Shown in pieces: positions 7,139-15,361 of a DNA stretch of 49,573 bases; the stretch's first letter is position 1; each line of letters begins with the position of its first letter. The translations under genes were made by a program, and so were the position numbers. Origin of the DNA: an uncultured bacterium (GTDB lineage: Bacteria > Patescibacteriota > Minisyncoccia > UBA6257 > 2-01-FULL-56-20). The DNA is taken from assembly GCA_963747905.1 (NCBI GenBank), contig CAVVHF010000025.1, positions 1 through 49,573 on the forward strand. The letters run 5' to 3'. A model generated the notes under the pieces. That model worked only from the letters and a program-made list of their open reading frames with translations, made no database searches and was not told the DNA's origin.

Positions 7139-7577
7139 TTCGCATCTCGCGTTGGTGCGCGCGCTTTTTAATGGCCTCGCGCTTATCGGATTTTTTACGC
7201 GTGTGGCCGAGACCGAGTTCGATCTTAATCAAACCGTGTTTAAGGTACGCGCGAAGCGGGATGACGTGCCGGGATTTATCAATGAGCGCGCCCTGCAATT
7301 CTTTTATCTCATTTTTGGATAATAATAGCCGGCGCGCACGGTCTTCCTCGTAATCCGGCGGCGTGTTGCCGGACTGATACGGAGGGATGTGCGAGTTCAC
7401 GAGCCACGCCTCGCCGCCGCGGATGAGCACGTGCGCGCCGGCAATCTGAAATCGGCCGCCTTTTGCGCTTTTTACTTCGTGTCCCTGGAATTCGATCCCT
7501 GCCTCGTATTTCTGCAGGATCTCGTAGTCAAAGCGCGCTCGGCGATTTTCCGCAATGGTATCCATTCGTGTGTCCAT
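7128..7577 (-). CDS. smpB: SsrA-binding protein SmpB
   Basis: IAENRRARFDYEI...GIEFQGHEVKS...AWLVNSHIPPY...RRLLLSKNEI...PLRAYLKHGLIKIELGLGHTRKK is the canonical SmpB sequence. Confidence 0.92.
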   Translation of the reverse strand: MDTRMDTIAENRRARFDYEILQKYEAGIEFQGHEVKSAKGGRFQIAGAHVLIRGGEAWLVNSHIPPYQSGNTPPDYEEDRARRLLLSKNEIKELQGALIDKSRHVIPLRAYLKHGLIKIELGLGHTRKKSDKREAIKKRAHQREMRTIE

Positions 7578-7583
7578 GATTTC

Positions 7584-7589
7584 ATTCTA
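7584..7589 (-). promoter_or_regulatory. -10-like box TAGAAT 6 nt upstream of the smpB ATG (leaderless-type)
   Basis: The minus strand reads TAGAAT-GAAATC-ATG(7577). Confidence 0.45.
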
Positions 7590-7878
7590 CATTAGTTGTG
7601 AAAACTTATCAGAAAAAATAGAAGGCCCGCTGAGATATATTAAAAGAATATAAAATCAGAGAGCCTTGGTATAAATACTTGAATTTCTGTGTTATTTTAA
7701 AGGAACAGGTGGCAGTGGGGTGGGAGGCGCTAGCTAACGATCAAGACCAAGCCGATCGCAAAATCAAGACTAGCACGCGAAGAATATCATCCCGCCGGCT
7801 AGTAGGCGCCCTCGTGGAGAGTCGCTACTAAGGACCACTGCCTGGCTGTACTATACAATATCTTTTTAGAGTTGTCCA

Positions 7879-9603
7879 ATGAAAAAAGAATTATCTGCAA
7901 TAGTACAAAAGATCTTTGGCGCGGGTCCACTAGACGCACCCATCGACATTTCCGTCCCTGACGAGGAACTTTTCGGGCACTATTCGACGAACTTTGCACT
8001 GCGCGCCGCCAAGGCGAAGGGCGTTCCGCCACTCGAGCTCGCGAAGGAGTGTGCCACGCGCATTGCCGCTGGCGCACCTGCGGGATTTTTTCAAAAAGTG
8101 GAAGCCGCCGCGCCGGGATTTATTAATTTTTGGTTAAGCGATAAAACATTGCAGGATGAATTCAAGCGTATTGCGGCGGATAGAAAATATGGTAACGGGA
8201 ATATCGGAGAAGGGAAGACGGTGATTGTGGAATATTCCCAGCCGAACATTGCAAAGAAGATGCACGTCGGCCATATGCGCACCACAATCATCGGCGCCGC
8301 GCTTGCGAACATTTTGGAGCAGTCCGGCTATCGCGTGGTGCGGTGGAACTATCTAGGCGATTGGGGTACGCAGTTCGGCAAGCTCATCGCTGCGTATAAG
8401 ATGTGGGGGAATAAAGCGGCCGTCGAAAAGGACCCCATCGAGGAATTGCAAAAATTGTATGTGCGGTTTCACGCGGAGATGAAGACGGATCCGGCGCTCG
8501 AAAAACGCGGGCAGCAGGAATTTAAAAAACTGGAAGACGGCGATCGCGAGAATCGGAAGCTTTGGGAGTGGTTTAAAAAAGAATCACTCAGGGAGTTTAT
8601 GAAGATGTATCGCACGCTGGATGTTGATTTTGACGTGTGGATTGGCGAAGCGTTCTTTGAGCGTGAAATGAAGGCGACGGTCAAGGAGCTGATGGACGCG
8701 CACATCGCGGAGCGTAGCGAAGGCGCGGTGGTGGTCAAGCTTGATGACGTCGGATTGCCGCCCGCGCTCATTCAAAAATCCGACGGCGCGAGTTTGTACC
8801 TTACGCGCGATATCGCGAATCTTCGCTATCGTTTGAAAAAATATAAGCCGGCAAAAATATTATATGTGGTGGGTAATGAGCAGGCGCTCGCGTTCGAGCA
8901 GCTCTTCGCGGTAGCAAAAAAACTTGGGTGGGATGCCAAGGACGTTGAATTAAAGCATATAAAATATGGGCTTGTTTTGGGGAGCGGCGGCAAAAAACTT
9001 TCCACGCGCGAGGGTACAGCCCAGCTTTTGGAAGGCGTCATTGATGAAGCGGTGACCCGCGCGCGCGAGGTAATCGACGCGAAAAATCCCGATCTTGCGC
9101 CAAAGGAAAAAGATGCGATCGCGATGGCGGTCGCGCTCGGCGCGCTGCGCTACAACGACCTCAAGGAAAACCGTACCACGGATATTATTTTCGACTGGGA
9201 AAAGATGTTGGATTTTTCCGGCGACAGCGGGCCATATCTGCAATACACCTACGCGCGGTTGAAGAGTATCTTGCGCAAATCTAAAATCCCCAGTGCCAAG
9301 CTCCGGCCTGGCGCTGTTGATGTGACCACGCTCGGGCGTACCACCGAGCTCGCGCTCATACGGAAGCTGTTTGAGTTTCCCGACGTCGTCGAGCGCGCAG
9401 GCGAATTGTACTCCACGAGTACGCTCGCGGTGTATCTCTATAAGCTCGCGGTGACGGCGAATAAGTTTTACGAGACGACGCCGATTTTGAAAGATGACGA
9501 TGCCGCGCGGCGCAATGCGCGGCTACTGCTCGCCACCACCGCAGCGCAAGTACTGCAGAAAGGGCTGGGGCTGCTCGGGATCAAGACGCTTGAAAAAATC
9601 TAG
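7879..9603 (+). CDS. argS: Arginine--tRNA ligase
   Basis: 574 aa with SQPNIAKKMHVGHMRTTIIG (HIGH region), the Add-1 N-domain, and the DALR anticodon-binding C-terminal region. Confidence 0.95.
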   Translation: MKKELSAIVQKIFGAGPLDAPIDISVPDEELFGHYSTNFALRAAKAKGVPPLELAKECATRIAAGAPAGFFQKVEAAAPGFINFWLSDKTLQDEFKRIAADRKYGNGNIGEGKTVIVEYSQPNIAKKMHVGHMRTTIIGAALANILEQSGYRVVRWNYLGDWGTQFGKLIAAYKMWGNKAAVEKDPIEELQKLYVRFHAEMKTDPALEKRGQQEFKKLEDGDRENRKLWEWFKKESLREFMKMYRTLDVDFDVWIGEAFFEREMKATVKELMDAHIAERSEGAVVVKLDDVGLPPALIQKSDGASLYLTRDIANLRYRLKKYKPAKILYVVGNEQALAFEQLFAVAKKLGWDAKDVELKHIKYGLVLGSGGKKLSTREGTAQLLEGVIDEAVTRAREVIDAKNPDLAPKEKDAIAMAVALGALRYNDLKENRTTDIIFDWEKMLDFSGDSGPYLQYTYARLKSILRKSKIPSAKLRPGAVDVTTLGRTTELALIRKLFEFPDVVERAGELYSTSTLAVYLYKLAVTANKFYETTPILKDDDAARRNARLLLATTAAQVLQKGLGLLGIKTLEKI

Positions 9604-9661
9604 GGATGCGAGTAGAAAGAAGATAGCGTGGCATTTTGGCGCGATATCCGAAGGAGGCATT

Positions 9662-10015
9662 ATGCCTAATAAGGGAGCAAAACTTTTTCCTGACGACGTT
9701 CGGACAATTGTGTTCTCAACCGGCAAGATACGCACGGCCATCACCGCAAAGATCATTTTCCGCAATAAAGCGGCGATGGCTGCTATCCCGGATTGGGTGT
9801 GTCAGAGCGTGTTCTCGCCGGAAGGGATCATGTTGAAGAAGAACCTGTTTGTCGATTCTCACTTGGTCTACGACGTGAACAAGCAGGAATGCCTTCGAAT
9901 CCTGGATTGGTTCCCCGGGCCGGTCGACCATGGCGATACCATTGCACGGGAGGCGTTGATCCCATGGGAGGGCATTAAGGCTTTCAAGGCGCAGACCGAA
10001 GCCGAGCCAGCGTAA
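9662..10015 (+). CDS. Hypothetical protein (117 aa)
   Basis: SD AGGAGG (9652..9657) precedes ATG 9662, and an intrinsic terminator follows. No family recognised. The upstream part of ORF 9494..10015 overlaps argS and is discounted. Confidence 0.5.
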   Translation: MPNKGAKLFPDDVRTIVFSTGKIRTAITAKIIFRNKAAMAAIPDWVCQSVFSPEGIMLKKNLFVDSHLVYDVNKQECLRILDWFPGPVDHGDTIAREALIPWEGIKAFKAQTEAEPA

Positions 10016-10038
10016 TGGGTGAACCCGTGCAGATAACG

Positions 10039-10067
10039 CGGAGCGTACAAGCGCTCCGTTTTTTTCT
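10039..10067 (+). terminator. Intrinsic terminator
   Basis: CGGAGCG (10039..10045) pairs with CGCTCCG (10052..10058), followed by a T7 run. Confidence 0.75.
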
Positions 10068-10103
10068 TTGAAAATCCCCCCAAAACCTGCTATTTTAATA
10101 GGA

Positions 10104-13100
10104 ATGGTCAAGAACGCTTTGAAAAAGGTAACGGCAAAAAAAATTTCCACTCCGGCCTTTCTTAAAGAAGGCGAATTTGATCTTCCTGGGCTTGAAGAAA
10201 AAGTGCTGGTATTTTGGGATGAGCAACATATTTTTGAGAAGTCGCTTTCGAAAAAGAATGGCGCAAAGAGTTTTATTTTTTATGAAGGGCCGCCGTATGC
10301 CAATGGCAAGCCGGCGATTCATCACGTTATCAGCCGCATCGTAAAGGATGTGATTCTGCGGTATAAAACGATGCAGGGATATGAGGTCCCGCGCCGCGCC
10401 GGATGGGACACCCACGGCCTGCCGGTGGAGATCGCTACGGAGAAAGTGCTGGGGTTGAAATCGAAAAAGGATATTGAGGAGTTCGGCATGAAGCTTTTCA
10501 ACGAGAAAGCGCGCGAGCAGGTGTGGGTCTATAAGGATGAATGGGAACGGATGACGCGCCGCATCGGATATTGGCTTGATCTCAAAAATGCGTATATTAC
10601 GTACGAGCCAGAATATATCGAATCGCTATGGTGGACGCTCTCGCAGATTTCAAAGCGCAAATTGCTCTATAAAGGATTCAAGGTGGTGCCATGGTGTACG
10701 CGCGATGGCACATCATTATCGTCGCACGAGCTCGCCCAGGGATATAAGGAGGTGAGCGACACTTCAGTGTATGTTAAATTTAAATTAAAACCCGGGCAGA
10801 AGATCGGCAATTTTACTACTGATGACAAGACGTATATTTTGTCATGGACAACGACGCCATGGACCTTACCGGGAAATGTCGCGCTCGCGGTGGGCGAAAA
10901 GATCGACTACGTAAGGACGGAACAGAATGGTGAGAGTTTGATTCTCGCAAAAAGCCGTCAAGAAATTTTGAGAGAAAAAGAGAATCCAAAAGTAGTAATA
11001 ATAGATCAAGAAATGATAGGGAGTGTTTTGCTTGGGTTAGAATACGAGCCTCTTTTTAATGTTCCCTCTCTAAAATCGGAGAAGTCTTATAAGATCTATC
11101 ACGCCAATTTTGTGACGACGACCGATGGCACGGGAGTGGTGCACACGGCGGTAATGTACGGCGAGGACGACTACGCACTTGGTAAAAAAATTGGTCTGCC
11201 GGAACGCCATACGGTTGATGAGAATGGGAAATTTACCAAAGAGATTCACGGATTGACCGGAGAATATGTGAAATCAAAAGAAACGGAAGATCATATTTTC
11301 AAACACCTCGAAGCAAACGGTAATTTATTGAGAACAGAGGCGTATGTGCATGAATACCCGTTTTGTTGGCGCTGCGGCACGGCGATATTGTATTACGCCC
11401 GCTCATCGTGGTTCATCGAGATGTCCAAATTGCGCAGCGAATTATTAAAAAACAACAAAACGGTCAACTGGACGCCGGGTCATGTAAAAAACGGACGGTT
11501 TGGTGAGTGGTTACGCGAGGTCAAGGACTGGAATCTTTCCCGTGAGCGGTATTGGGGTATGCCGCTTCCGATTTGGGAATGCAAGAAATGCGGTCATACC
11601 GAAGTGGTCGGCAGTATGGACGAGCTTGATCGTCTGGCGGGAGGTTCGAAGAATAGGTACGTGGCGATGCGCCACGGGGAATCGGAGAATGTCATATTTA
11701 AGATCGTCGATTCCGGCGACCAAAATTGTCGTCTCACGCAAAAAGGGAAAAAACAGATAGCTCTGGTTGCTAAGCAGCTCAAGAAGAAGAAAATAGATCT
11801 TATTTTCTCTTCCGATATTGTGCGCGCCAAAGAATCGGCTGAGATCATCGCGAAGGAATTGGGAGTGGAGGTTCGTTTTGATAAGCGGCTGAGGGAAATG
11901 AACCTAGGCGCGCTTTCCGGAAAGCCGGTCAGTGAATACTGGAAGGAATTTCCAGTAGCGGAGAGCCGGTTCGCTGGCCATGTGGATGCGAACAGCGAAT
12001 CGTATACCGATATCCGCGCGCGAGCATGGAATTTCCTGGAAGGGATGGAAAAAGAATATCACGGGAAGAATATTTTGATCATGACGCATGAAACGGTCGT
12101 GTGGATGCTTTCGCAGGCAGCGTTGGGATGGAGCGACCGCGAAGCGATGATAAAAAAGACGGGAGATGGCACGAAGGATTTTGTGGCACCGGCGGAGATC
12201 GTCCAATTCGGCGTGAAGAAGATTCCGCGTAACGATACTGGCCAGGTGGATCTCCACCGCCCATTTGCTGACGATATCTTTCCACCATGCCCAAAGTGCA
12301 AGGCGGCAATGGTTCGCGTGCCGGAAGTTGCTGACGTGTGGTACGACTCCGGAGCGATGCCGTACGCACAGTCGCATTATCCGTTCGCGCTCAAAAAAAC
12401 CAATATAAAAACGCTTTCCGGTCTTGACTATCCAGCCGACTTCATCGCGGAAGGGATGGATCAGACACGTGGCTGGTTTTATACGATGATGGCGATTGCT
12501 ACCGCGCTTGGATACAAGGCGCCGTATAAGAACGTCGTCGCGCTCGGACTGATCAACGATAAGTTCGGGCAGAAAATGTCCAAATCAAAGGGGAACGTTG
12601 TTGAGCCGTTCGCGATCATCAATAAATATGGCGTGGATGCGCTGCGCTGGTATTTCTTTACCGGATCGCCGCTCGGCGAGCCGAAGAATTTTGATGAGTT
12701 CGAGATCGCAAAGGCGTTCCGAAAAACGCATCTCATTGTTTACAACTCATTTATATTTTGGAAGACGTATGCCGATCAGAAGGCAAAGATGCCTGCAACG
12801 CCCAAAAATATTTTAGATGAGTGGATCCTTGTGCGTCTCGATCGGGTAAATGACAGTGCTACAAAAAAATTGAATGCATACGAGATTCGCGAAGCGGCGC
12901 TCGAGATCGAGACGCTCGTGGATGATCTCTCCCGGTGGTACATTCGCCGCTCGCGTCGACGGTTACAGCGGCCGGAGAGCGCGGCGGATCATGCCGCCGC
13001 ATCGGCGACGCTTGGATATATTTTGCTTTCATTGATAAAGATGATGGCGCCATTCACGCCGTTCTTCTCTGAAATATTTTACGGAGCACTCGGCGGCACA

Positions 13101-13667
13101 AAGGGTTCGGTTCATTTAGATGAATGGCCGAAAACAGCTCGAACCGGTGGCAAAAAGCGCTCTGTGGATGCTGATAAGAAAATGATAGCGCAGATGGATA
13201 TCGCACGGGAATTTGCCACTGCCGGACTCGCAAAGCGCGTGACGGCGGGTATTAAAGTCCGGCAGCCGCTTGCCTCGATGACTGTCGGCATAAAACTTGG
13301 AAAGGAATTTGAAAAGATCATTGCGGAGGAGGTAAATGTAAAGAAAATAATCTTTGTCGCGAAACAAAAAAGTGTCGCGCTCGATACCGCGATCACTCCC
13401 GCTCTGCGTGAGGAGGGTCTCTTGCGCGAGGTGGCGCGCATGTTCCAGGAGTTGCGGCAGAAGGCCGGGCTTGAGCCGAAGGATAAGATCGTCGCGTTGC
13501 TCGATATAACGGCAGATGCAAAGAATGCGATTGAAAACAACGAAGCTGCATTCAGGGCAGACATCGGTGCGACGGCCGTGGAGTACGGCCGCAGTGATAA
13601 ATTTATTGCCGAGGAGACGACAAAGCTCGAAGGCCAGGAGGTCTGGGTGGCGATACGGAAGAGCTAG
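10104..13667 (+). CDS. ileS: Isoleucine--tRNA ligase (type 2) carrying an inserted histidine-phosphatase domain
   Basis: The IleRS motifs are intact: GPPYANGKPAIHH, editing motif TTPWTLPGN, FCWRCG, CKKCGH...CPKCK and KMSKSKGN. About 200 extra residues (nt ~11640..12248) carry the RHGESEN / SSDIVRAKESA / THE motifs. The start is set at the first ATG after the upstream terminator; the ORF-track start 10068 is TTG. Confidence 0.93.
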   Translation: MVKNALKKVTAKKISTPAFLKEGEFDLPGLEEKVLVFWDEQHIFEKSLSKKNGAKSFIFYEGPPYANGKPAIHHVISRIVKDVILRYKTMQGYEVPRRAGWDTHGLPVEIATEKVLGLKSKKDIEEFGMKLFNEKAREQVWVYKDEWERMTRRIGYWLDLKNAYITYEPEYIESLWWTLSQISKRKLLYKGFKVVPWCTRDGTSLSSHELAQGYKEVSDTSVYVKFKLKPGQKIGNFTTDDKTYILSWTTTPWTLPGNVALAVGEKIDYVRTEQNGESLILAKSRQEILREKENPKVVIIDQEMIGSVLLGLEYEPLFNVPSLKSEKSYKIYHANFVTTTDGTGVVHTAVMYGEDDYALGKKIGLPERHTVDENGKFTKEIHGLTGEYVKSKETEDHIFKHLEANGNLLRTEAYVHEYPFCWRCGTAILYYARSSWFIEMSKLRSELLKNNKTVNWTPGHVKNGRFGEWLREVKDWNLSRERYWGMPLPIWECKKCGHTEVVGSMDELDRLAGGSKNRYVAMRHGESENVIFKIVDSGDQNCRLTQKGKKQIALVAKQLKKKKIDLIFSSDIVRAKESAEIIAKELGVEVRFDKRLREMNLGALSGKPVSEYWKEFPVAESRFAGHVDANSESYTDIRARAWNFLEGMEKEYHGKNILIMTHETVVWMLSQAALGWSDREAMIKKTGDGTKDFVAPAEIVQFGVKKIPRNDTGQVDLHRPFADDIFPPCPKCKAAMVRVPEVADVWYDSGAMPYAQSHYPFALKKTNIKTLSGLDYPADFIAEGMDQTRGWFYTMMAIATALGYKAPYKNVVALGLINDKFGQKMSKSKGNVVEPFAIINKYGVDALRWYFFTGSPLGEPKNFDEFEIAKAFRKTHLIVYNSFIFWKTYADQKAKMPATPKNILDEWILVRLDRVNDSATKKLNAYEIREAALEIETLVDDLSRWYIRRSRRRLQRPESAADHAAASATLGYILLSLIKMMAPFTPFFSEIFYGALGGTKGSVHLDEWPKTARTGGKKRSVDADKKMIAQMDIAREFATAGLAKRVTAGIKVRQPLASMTVGIKLGKEFEKIIAEEVNVKKIIFVAKQKSVALDTAITPALREEGLLREVARMFQELRQKAGLEPKDKIVALLDITADAKNAIENNEAAFRADIGATAVEYGRSDKFIAEETTKLEGQEVWVAIRKS

Positions 13668-13691
13668 GCACACGCGTGAGGCTCTGTCGTG

Positions 13692-14672
13692 CTAGTATCC
13701 CACCTTCTTCTTTACTTCCATCATCTTTTTCGCGGCGACTGTGCCTGCTTTCTTTGATCCGTCAGCTAAAATTTTTCTGATTGCCGCGGGCTTGGCGAGC
13801 AATTCTTTCTTCGCCGCACGGAATGGCGCGAAATGTTCAACAACAACCTCGGTGAGTCGCGTTTTTAAAACAGAATAGCTTTCGCCGGAGAATTCCTTTG
13901 CCGCCATCGCGGGCTCCATATGGGTGAGCGCGCCATAGAGCTCCAACAAATTGGAAAGTCCGGGTTTGCGCTCGACATTATACACGATCATTGTATCGGA
14001 ATCGGTTACCGCGCGCGCGATCTTTTTCTGCACCGCTTCCGGCGTGTCGTCCAAAAACAAGCAGCCGTCCGGATCGGACTTGGACATCTTGCGCAGCGGA
14101 TCTTTGAGCGACATCACGCGGGGCGTTTTGGTGAGCAGCCCTTTTGGCTCGATGAACGTCGCGCCGAAACGTGCGTTGAACTTTCGCGCCACCGTGCGCG
14201 TGAGCTCAAGGTGCTGAAGCTGATCGTCGCCCACGGGCACCACCGCCGCGTCGTATAGGATGATGTCCGCCGCCATGAGTACGGGGTAATCAAAGAGCCC
14301 CGCGTTCACGTTCGCCGCCTGCCGCGCCGATTTATCCTTGTATTGTGTCATACGTTCCAGCTCTCCCATCGGTGTGATCGTGTTCAATACCCACGCGAGC
14401 TGATTGTGGAGGGGGATCTGCGATTGCTGATAGATGACGGATTTTTTCGGATCAAGCCCGGCGGCAAGGTAGTCTGCGGCGAGATTAACGATATTTTCAC
14501 TGAACACTTTTGGCTCCGGCCCTTCTGTGAGCGCGTGCAGATCTGCAAGAAAGAAGTAGTATTGATATTCGCCGGAGTCCTGAAGATCCACAAAGTTCTT
14601 GAGCGCGCCAAGATAGTTGCCAATATGGAGGCGACCGGTGGGCTGCATTCCGGAAACGAGAATGGGTTTCAT
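13692..14672 (-). CDS. trpS: Tryptophan--tRNA ligase
   Basis: 326 aa with SGMQPTGRLHIGNYLGA (HIGH) and KMSKSDPDG (KMSKS). The length is typical of TrpRS. Confidence 0.95.
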   Translation of the reverse strand: MKPILVSGMQPTGRLHIGNYLGALKNFVDLQDSGEYQYYFFLADLHALTEGPEPKVFSENIVNLAADYLAAGLDPKKSVIYQQSQIPLHNQLAWVLNTITPMGELERMTQYKDKSARQAANVNAGLFDYPVLMAADIILYDAAVVPVGDDQLQHLELTRTVARKFNARFGATFIEPKGLLTKTPRVMSLKDPLRKMSKSDPDGCLFLDDTPEAVQKKIARAVTDSDTMIVYNVERKPGLSNLLELYGALTHMEPAMAAKEFSGESYSVLKTRLTEVVVEHFAPFRAAKKELLAKPAAIRKILADGSKKAGTVAAKKMMEVKKKVGY

Positions 14673-14679
14673 ATGAAAA

Positions 14680-14688
14680 AGTATATCA
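14680..14688 (-). promoter_or_regulatory. Extended -10 box TGATATACT 7 nt upstream of the trpS ATG (leaderless-type)
   Basis: The minus strand reads TGATATACT-TTTTCAT-ATG(14672). Confidence 0.45.
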
Positions 14689-14747
14689 CAAAAACGCCTT
14701 CATAATATTGAGGACGAGGCAATTTGCGAAAAAAGAAAGGAGATGTT

Positions 14748-15349
14748 TTATTTATCGAAGACACTCAACAATTCCTGCGGGGTGTTAACGATCCGTGGAG
14801 GCGCGCCCTTCTTAAGGGTTTCTATTGATTGATAGCCCCACGTAACGGCGACCGTTGGCACTTTCATATGGTGCGCCTCCTTGATATCCCCGAGCGTGTC
14901 GGTGATAAAAAGGCAATCCTCAGCACCGATGCCATATTTATCGAACGTCATCTCGATCTTTGTAATTTTGCTCTTATGAACATCATTTCCCATAATTTCC
15001 GTAAAGTAATGGTCAAGATGATTCAGGGAAAGGAATTTTTTAATGAGGTCGGTGTTTGTCGACGACACGATGATCAACGTGCGGTCTTTAGCCCACGCTT
15101 CAATGACCTCCTTCATGCCCGGGAATACATCGCACGCCAGAAGTCGGGGCTCGTATTCTGCGAAGAAGTCGACGTTGTCGCGATGAACTTTCTTTACCTC
15201 TTCCTCCTTGAGATTTTCATTAATTCAAAGCGTTTCCGGTAGATATCTTCCGTGATTAATGGATGGATCATTTTATTTACCGTGAACGCCGCATCAAAAG
15301 AATCCGCGAGGACACCATCGAAATCAAAGAAAACTATTTTACGGCCCAT
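14748..15349 (-). pseudogene. HAD-superfamily hydrolase (phosphoglycolate-phosphatase-like) interrupted by a 1-nt frameshift
   Basis: The N-terminal fragment MGRKIVFFDFDGVLADSF... (15349..15194, DxDGV motif I) stops at TAA. The C-terminal frame (open from 15224) continues INENLKEEEVKK...LIIVSSTN...ITDTLGDIKEA (motifs II-IV). The span is 602 nt, one short of a multiple of 3. Confidence 0.7.
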
Positions 15350-15361
15350 GATCTTTGGTAG

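Noticed and set aside
7578-7878. tmRNA (ssrA) next to smpB, or a T-box leader for argS
   Set aside because: There is no tRNA-like T arm (GGTTCGAnnCC) and no acceptor-forming 5'/3' ends, and the region is too short for a tmRNA. GGGTGG at 7718..7723 resembles the start of a T-box core, but the rest (TACCGCG) and a downstream terminator or sequestrator are absent.
9494-9661. N-terminal extension of ORF 9494..10015 (173 aa)
   Set aside because: The extension overlaps the 3' end of argS in another frame. A strong SD immediately precedes the internal ATG at 9662.
10068-10103. TTG start of ileS given by the ORF track
   Set aside because: It overlaps the T-run of the upstream terminator. The first ATG (10104) has a TATTTT box 7 nt upstream. 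The start call still carries low certainty.
11640-12248. The IleRS insert as an intein or a separate fused gene
   Set aside because: There is no Cys/Ser at the N-junction, no His-Asn plus Cys/Ser/Thr at the C-junction, and no homing-endonuclease motifs. Both flanks are in-frame IleRS sequence, and the insert has the full set of histidine-phosphatase motifs.
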